DNA from: Planctomycetota bacterium
GTDB taxonomy: Bacteria > Planctomycetota > B15-G4
DNA: 64,000 nt
Direction of reading: 5' to 3'
Assembly (NCBI GenBank): GCA_965248575.1
Contig: CBDFJQ010000002.1
Span: 2,848,001-2,912,000 of the forward strand
Shown here: one piece after another, positions 58,823-64,000 of the stretch
How positions within the stretch are numbered: position 1 is the first letter of the stretch
Layout: each line of letters opens with the position of its first letter
Notes under the pieces: generated by a model
What the model was told of the DNA's origin: nothing
Seen by the model: the letters and a program-made list of their open reading frames with translations, nothing else
Databases searched by the model: none
Translations under genes and position numbers: made by a program

Positions 58823-61003
58823 ATGAAGACCGTCATCCGAATGTACGACGTCGCGAGTTTCAAGACCGAGGCGAATTTATCGAGCGACAAGCCCGTAACT
58901 CTTGTGTACGGACTGAACGGAACGGGCAAAAGCACGATCTCCAATTTTCTGTACGACACCACCGACCCAGACTACGCAAGCTGCTCGGCGACGATCGATC
59001 CTTCCGCAAAGGTTCTCGTCTATAACCAGCGGTTCGTGAGAGAGTACTTTCATGAAGCCGATAGCCTGAAGGGGATTTTCGGCCTTTCGAAAGAGAACAA
59101 GGAAGCCGATCAGAAGATTGGTAGTGCCGAGGCAGATCTAGCCGGTCTCTCCAAGACGCTTGAAGATACGGAGAGCAAGATTGAATCCGAGAAAGCATCA
59201 CGGAAGCGGCAGGCGGAAAAGGCATACGAAAGGGTGTGGGAGATAAAAAAGGAGTACTCAGGAGGGGATCGAGTACTCGAATACTGCCTGAAGGGATTGA
59301 TGGGAAAGAAGGAGATGCTCTTCAAGCACCTTTCGTCAGTTGAAAAGCCCGACGTGAAGCCAGGCAAAGATATCGCTCAGATCAAGAAAGAGGTGGAATC
59401 GATCAGTGGCGACTCGGCGACGAAGGAAAGCCACCTTCCATTGATCTCTTTCGACGGCACGCTCCTCGAGCAAGATGAAGTATTCGCCGCAACCATCGTC
59501 GGGAACGACGATAGCCCCGTCGCCGGGCTCATTCAGGAACTCCAGAATTCCGACTGGGTGCGAACAGGTATCGAACAATATGTCGTGGAGCCCGAGGCTG
59601 GCGGTATTTCGGCGTGTCCATTCTGCCAAGAGCAGACACTGACGAGCACACTCATCGAGAGGGTCCGCAGCTATTTCGACGAGTCCTTCACGAAGGCAGT
59701 CAACCGAATAGCGTCGCTACGGTCACAGTATGCGGTTGCCATCGATCAACTTCCCGCAGTCGATACCTACGACTCGCACTCATTCGCATCCGAGAAGCTA
59801 GCTGAGTTGCGGTTGGCGATTCAGAATCTCGCAACCGTCGCTAAGGGGAATCTGAGGCTGATCGACAAGAAACGTGAGGCCCTGGGTTCGCCTGTATCAC
59901 TCGTGATTACTCAGGCCCCAGTGCAAGAACTCAACGCATTGATTGCCTCAGTAAACGTTGAGATTGAACGACACAACGACAGAATCGCAAATCGAGCCGC
60001 GGAACTCACCCGTCTGAAGGATGAATTCTGGTCGCTCATGCGTTGGGAGTACGATCAAACTATTTCAACTTGGCAAGGTGAGGACGCGGCCTTCGGTGAA
60101 AGTCTCAAGGTCGAGAGTGACAGCTTCAATCAGTCGGCCACGGCGATCACCGAGAAACGCAAGTTGATCTCAGATCTCCAGAAGACAACAGTCAATATCG
60201 ATGCAGCCATCGAAAGCATTAACGAGTCGCTGGGTCAACTCGGCATAGGTGACTTTTCCATCAAGAAGCACAGCGACTTACACTACCGCATCGTCCGGCC
60301 GGGAGACTCCGAGGCGTCATTCAAATCTCTTAGTGAAGGCGAGAAGATGATCATCAGCTTCTTGTACTTCTGCGAAGTTTGTAAAGGCAAGCAAAGCGCC
60401 GACGAAACGACCCAGCGGAAGATCGTCGTGATCGACGACCCAATATCCAGCCTGTCCCATGTTTTCGTCTTCAACATCAGTCAACTACTGAAGAATGATT
60501 TCTTCTCTTCTAAGCAGTTTGATCAGGTCTTCGTACTCACCCATAGCCTCTACTTCTTCTATGAACTTGCAGACACAAATCATGATCGCCGAGCAAAGAA
60601 CCAGAGGTTCTTCAGGCTAACCAAGAGTGAGGCAGGCAGCCGAATAGCCGATATGAAGTACGAAGAGATTCAAAACGACTACCATTCGTACTGGTCTGTG
60701 GTGCTCAACAAGGATCAGTATCCCGCAATGGTGGCAAACTGCATGCGGAACATCGTCGAGTACTTCTTTGGGTTCGTGAAGAAAGACTCGTTGAACAACG
60801 TCTTTCAACACCCGAAGCTCAAGGGGAATCGGTACCAGGCTTTCTGTCGATACATGGACCGTGAATCGCACTCATCCGGCCAAAACCTGTTCGACTTCAA
60901 GGAATTCGACTACGAGGCATTTCGCGAAGGACTGAAGCTGCTGTTCTACGCTGCTGACTATCCCGAGCACTACGACAAGATGGAGAAGTCAATCACTGGA
61001 TAG
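58823..61003 (+). CDS. Cassette 2: RloC-like (AAA_13) SMC-type ABC ATPase with zinc hook and putative HEPN nuclease
   Basis: GLNGTGKST, VYNQRF, CPFC, LSEGEK, VVIDDPISSL, LTHS; C-terminal NCMRNIVE...RYMDRESH. Confidence 0.8.
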   Translation: MKTVIRMYDVASFKTEANLSSDKPVTLVYGLNGTGKSTISNFLYDTTDPDYASCSATIDPSAKVLVYNQRFVREYFHEADSLKGIFGLSKENKEADQKIGSAEADLAGLSKTLEDTESKIESEKASRKRQAEKAYERVWEIKKEYSGGDRVLEYCLKGLMGKKEMLFKHLSSVEKPDVKPGKDIAQIKKEVESISGDSATKESHLPLISFDGTLLEQDEVFAATIVGNDDSPVAGLIQELQNSDWVRTGIEQYVVEPEAGGISACPFCQEQTLTSTLIERVRSYFDESFTKAVNRIASLRSQYAVAIDQLPAVDTYDSHSFASEKLAELRLAIQNLATVAKGNLRLIDKKREALGSPVSLVITQAPVQELNALIASVNVEIERHNDRIANRAAELTRLKDEFWSLMRWEYDQTISTWQGEDAAFGESLKVESDSFNQSATAITEKRKLISDLQKTTVNIDAAIESINESLGQLGIGDFSIKKHSDLHYRIVRPGDSEASFKSLSEGEKMIISFLYFCEVCKGKQSADETTQRKIVVIDDPISSLSHVFVFNISQLLKNDFFSSKQFDQVFVLTHSLYFFYELADTNHDRRAKNQRFFRLTKSEAGSRIADMKYEEIQNDYHSYWSVVLNKDQYPAMVANCMRNIVEYFFGFVKKDSLNNVFQHPKLKGNRYQAFCRYMDRESHSSGQNLFDFKEFDYEAFREGLKLLFYAADYPEHYDKMEKSITG

Positions 61004-61084
61004 GTGGCTCCGTTCTCAGCGATGAACAGGCGAGCCTGAGCCCGTCCCTGGCCAACCGTGGTTCCGGGCCGAGATGCAGGCGCC

Positions 61085-61215
61085 GCATAACAAGCCGATG
61101 CAGCGGACGTGGCGGCGCTGTGCCGATATCGCCCCTGGTAAAATCGCGAAGTCCCAGGCGTCCAGCACCCGTGGTGCAAGGTTGTGCCACGCCGCTGAAG
61201 GTCGATCCGTTAGAC
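61085..61215 (+). mobile_element. attC site 3
   Basis: GCATAAC-AAGCCGATGCAGCGGACGTGGC ... GCCACGCCGCTGAAGGTCGATCC-GTTAGAC. Confidence 0.9.
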
Positions 61216-61731
61216 ATGCCTACGATGCCTATGTCAACACTATCGAAACCTGTCAGCGTCCTTCTCTTCCTATTTTACAGCCTCACGCTGGCCGGAATGT
61301 CGTTCATCGGCTTCGGCCAAGTGATGTCAGGCTATGCAACGATAGGTACAGAGTGGGCTGGCCTTGACGGACTGCACAAATGGATTTCATCCAGCGCCAG
61401 TCCGTTCATGCTAGTGGCAGCCATTGCATGGCTCTGGAGCGAATGGCTGATGGTCAAGCTAGCGTTTCAGCACCGCGGACTACCTGAGCCCAAGCTAAGT
61501 GGGGGATTAGATGATCCATGGATGGACGTGTTCATGCCAATGATGACAATCGGGCTGTATGGAACTGCTGGCGTCTTTCTGCTTGGCCTCTTTTTCGTGC
61601 TCGCCGGCATCGCCAACCTGTTGCTTCCCGAGGTTGTCGCCAGCCTTCTGGGCGGACTAGGCACGTTTGTTTGCACCAGACTGTTTCTAAAGCGTGGGAA
61701 ATCGAATGAGCCGATGCCTAACCAGCCGTAG
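61216..61731 (+). CDS. Cassette 3: multi-TM membrane protein
   Basis: ATG immediately after GTTAGAC; about four hydrophobic helices; stop inside the next attC. Confidence 0.75.
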   Translation: MPTMPMSTLSKPVSVLLFLFYSLTLAGMSFIGFGQVMSGYATIGTEWAGLDGLHKWISSSASPFMLVAAIAWLWSEWLMVKLAFQHRGLPEPKLSGGLDDPWMDVFMPMMTIGLYGTAGVFLLGLFFVLAGIANLLLPEVVASLLGGLGTFVCTRLFLKRGKSNEPMPNQP

Positions 61732-61760
61732 TAACGGACGGTCTGCCCGCCGGGTGGATC
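61716..61760 (+). mobile_element. attC site 4, right half missing or degenerate
   Basis: GCCTAAC-CAGCCGTAGTAACGGAC left half; no GTTRRRY follows. Confidence 0.5.
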
Positions 61761-61780
61761 ACTGACAGGGGGATTCAATA

Positions 61781-62056
61781 GTGTCCGATAAGCGCGTGTA
61801 CCGCGAGGTTAGAGACTTGCTTAACAAGCTCGGCGGCTCGATGAATTGGCATGCAGGCGGGCCTGGCGGCGGAGTCTGGCACTTGGAGTTGCACGGTCGC
61901 CGTTGCGACGTCGAGTGTCGTTCGAACGCGGTAAACTTTCTTGACGAACTCTACTTGCCGAGCAAATCGAACCCGCAGACGCAGGACGACTACGCCAAAC
62001 CGTACCGCCTGCAGTCCGACGCCTTTTGGCGACTCGTACAGTTTCCGTGGCAATGA
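61781..62056 (+). CDS. Cassette 4: small hypothetical protein
   Basis: 91-aa ORF with GGGGGA upstream, between attC-like sites. Confidence 0.6.
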   Translation: MSDKRVYREVRDLLNKLGGSMNWHAGGPGGGVWHLELHGRRCDVECRSNAVNFLDELYLPSKSNPQTQDDYAKPYRLQSDAFWRLVQFPWQ

Positions 62057-62065
62057 AAGTGGACC

Positions 62066-62129
62066 GCCCAACAAGCCGTAGCGAACATACTCGGCTGCGC
62101 CCGGCCGCTGAACGGCAGGTTCGCTAGAC
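62066..62129 (+). mobile_element. attC site 5 (core mutated GTT to GCT)
   Basis: GCCCAAC-AAGCCGTAG...GCCGCTGAACGGC..GCTAGAC. Confidence 0.7.
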
Positions 62130-62145
62130 AGTCGACGAAACGTAC

Positions 62146-62448
62146 ATGGCTCGGACAACATCTCCTTGGCGCTGGCTCGGCGTGCTTTCGTTGATTGGTG
62201 TCGGCTTCGTGGCCGGATGTCTGTTCTCTAGGTCAGACTCTCCCTTTGGACCCAATCTTGGTGAGCCGTTCGAACTCGTGACGAATCTCGATGCAGAGGC
62301 GGCCTTTCTGTTCAAGGGAAAGCCGGCCATCCGCGGCATCATCGAGGCAGGTACTGAGGTGCGTGTTCGGATGCGAAAGGGCGGCGTTGTGTACGCAGAC
62401 ATCAGCACAGTGTTCGAGGAACAGGCTTCTGGCTGCCACTGGAGCTGA
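62146..62448 (+). CDS. Cassette 5: small membrane-anchored or lipoprotein-like protein
   Basis: Hydrophobic N-terminus ending VAGC. Confidence 0.6.
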   Translation: MARTTSPWRWLGVLSLIGVGFVAGCLFSRSDSPFGPNLGEPFELVTNLDAEAAFLFKGKPAIRGIIEAGTEVRVRMRKGGVVYADISTVFEEQASGCHWS

Positions 62449-62462
62449 AGAGCGATGAGATG

Positions 62463-62532
62463 CTGTCAATAAACCCTAGCAGCCGGACCGGGCTGCGTCC
62501 TGCCGCTGAACGTGGGGGCGGGATCGCTAAGC
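62463..62532 (+). mobile_element. attC site 6, heavily degenerate
   Basis: CTGTCAAT...TAGCAGCCGGAC...GCCGCTGAAC...GCTAAGC; resembles site 5. Confidence 0.45.
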
Positions 62533-62598
62533 AAGAGAGCGCACGTCCCATCAATCGCGCAGGTTGCCCGGTTGCCTAGCTAACCTGCGCCACCCCGC

Positions 62599-63051
62599 TC
62601 ACTCCCCCGGCCGCGCACCCTTCGGGTGCCACGTCATCACCACATGTGGCCCGATCCCCGGCAGCTCGAACTCCTCACCCTCGGCCTGAAACCCGTGCTG
62701 GGCGTAGTAGTCGGCCACCCCCGTCCGCACGTTGGCCCAAAGCCCCCCGCCGCGCTTGGTGACGATGGCCTGGATGGTCTTCAGCAGGGTGCTGCCGTGG
62801 CCCTGGCGCTGGTGATCAGGGAGCACAGCCATCCCGCGAATGCGCCACATCTCGCTCCCAATGTCCCCTCGGGGGTCATGGAGCATGGAGATGACCCCGA
62901 GGGTCTTCTTGCGCTGACGCACGCCGTAATGGGTGCTGCGCTCGTCCGCATCCTGGGGATAGACGGACTCTTCGGGCGGGAGCCCCGGCCGCAGGACCTC
63001 TTGGCGCAGGGGGAGACAGTCCTTCGCTTCCAGCAGCACGAGTTCAGTCAT
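62599..63051 (-). CDS. GNAT acetyltransferase
   Basis: LRQEVLRP, RIRGMAVLPDHQRQGHG, WANVR, YYAQHGF. Confidence 0.9.
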   Translation of the reverse strand: MTELVLLEAKDCLPLRQEVLRPGLPPEESVYPQDADERSTHYGVRQRKKTLGVISMLHDPRGDIGSEMWRIRGMAVLPDHQRQGHGSTLLKTIQAIVTKRGGGLWANVRTGVADYYAQHGFQAEGEEFELPGIGPHVVMTWHPKGARPGE

Positions 63052-63161
63052 GGGCGGGAGTGTAGCCTGCGACGCCCGGCGTTCACCCCTTCTCCCAGCC
63101 CGCCTCGTCCCCGCCCCGTCTTCCGACCGCCCCGCCCTCGCCCCTCCACCGAGCCACTCCC

Positions 63162-64000
63162 CTGCCCACGCCCCGCATCGACGTCCTGCTCCCGGTGCGC
63201 AACGCCCGGACCACCCTGCCCTGGGCCCTAGGGGATGTCCTCGCCCAGGAGGCCGTGGACGTGCGGGTGCTGGCGGTGGTGGACACCCTGGCCGACGGCC
63301 AGGACGACGGCAGCCGGGCCTGGCTTCGCGCCACCGCTCGCAGCGAGCCCCGGTTGAACGTGATCGACGGGCCCGGCGAAGGTGCCGCAGCCGCCCTGCA
63401 CCTGGCCCTGGCCCAGGCCGACGCGCCGCTGGTCTCCCACATGGAGGCCGACGACCGCTGCCCCCCCGACCGCCTGGCGCGCCTCGCCGCAGCCCTGACG
63501 CCCGAGCTGGACTGCATCACCAGCCGCGCGGGCCAGTTCGGCGCCCGCACCCCCGGCATGCGCCGCTACCTCGACTGGCAGAACAGCCTGCTCAGCGGCG
63601 AGGCCATGGCGCGAGAGCGCTTCGTGGAGATCCCCGCCCTGCACCAGACCGGCCTCTACCGCCGCGAAGCCCTGGACGCCGTGGGCGGCTACGCGACCCA
63701 CGGCCCCTGGCCCCTCGACATCGAGTTCTGGCTGCGCTGGTTCGAAGCCAACCGCCCCGTCGCCAAGCTCCCCCGAGTCCTCTACCGCTGGCGCCAACAC
63801 CCCCAACAATCCACCCGCAGCAGCGGAGCCCACGACCTGGACAGCCTCCGCGCCGCCAAACTCTGGGCCCTCGAACGCTGGCTGGGCGCGGAAGGCAGCT
63901 CCGGCTCCGCGCCCTCCCCTGCTTCCGTGCACCTGGTCTCCACCGGCCGCACCCTCAAAGCCTGGGCCAACGCCCTCGACGCCAGCACCATCAACTGCGT
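63162..64000 (+). CDS. Glycosyltransferase family 2, runs off the window edge; start uncertain
   Basis: Manual translation: PRIDVLLPVRNARTTL...SHMEADDRCPPDRL...VGGY...LYRWRQH. Not in the ORF track. Confidence 0.8.
   Translation, partial: MPTPRIDVLLPVRNARTTLPWALGDVLAQEAVDVRVLAVVDTLADGQDDGSRAWLRATARSEPRLNVIDGPGEGAAAALHLALAQADAPLVSHMEADDRCPPDRLARLAAALTPELDCITSRAGQFGARTPGMRRYLDWQNSLLSGEAMARERFVEIPALHQTGLYRREALDAVGGYATHGPWPLDIEFWLRWFEANRPVAKLPRVLYRWRQHPQQSTRSSGAHDLDSLRAAKLWALERWLGAEGSSGSAPSPASVHLVSTGRTLKAWANALDASTINC

Larger units (their letters stand above)
57722..62532 (+). mobile_element. Integron-type cassette array without a visible integrase (CALIN)
   Basis: Co-oriented lower-GC ORFs separated by attC-like sites. 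Each cassette's inverse core is complementary to its own upstream core. Confidence 0.85.

Noticed and set aside
62557..62592. GCGCAGGTT...AACCTGCGC hairpin as a REP element, terminator or extra cassette boundary
   Set aside because: Single copy in the window, no U-tract; cannot distinguish these options.

Overview
High-GC bacterial chromosome, probably Planctomycetota. That assignment is inferred from the tandem prenyltransferase-repeat proteins, the ECF sigma/Ser-Thr kinase pairing and many orphan secreted proteins. A housekeeping backbone (mfd, rpsT, def, ribF, tRNA-Phe, leuB, a thiolase/crotonase/hbd/cyclophilin operon) is interleaved with accessory loci. Main points: (1) an ECF sigma factor divergent from a membrane Ser/Thr kinase with a DUF928-like exported C-terminus and an exported TPR-CHAT caspase-like protease, with an identically spaced TGTCCA-N16-GTCAC motif upstream of both the kinase operon and the next secreted gene; (2) an in-frame dGTPase-RNase III fusion; (3) an integrase-less attC cassette array (~57.7-62.5 kb) with matching core/inverse-core pairs, an RloC-like ATPase-HEPN cassette and a hidden 53-aa ORF; (4) a LeuC-like pseudoenzyme lacking Fe-S cysteines coupled to leuB, plus a separate intact LeuD-LeuC-like fused aconitase; (5) a lower-GC solo NACHT NTPase; (6) a Zn-ribbon/hendecad coiled-coil protein. 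All calls come from motif reading only; no database searches were run.
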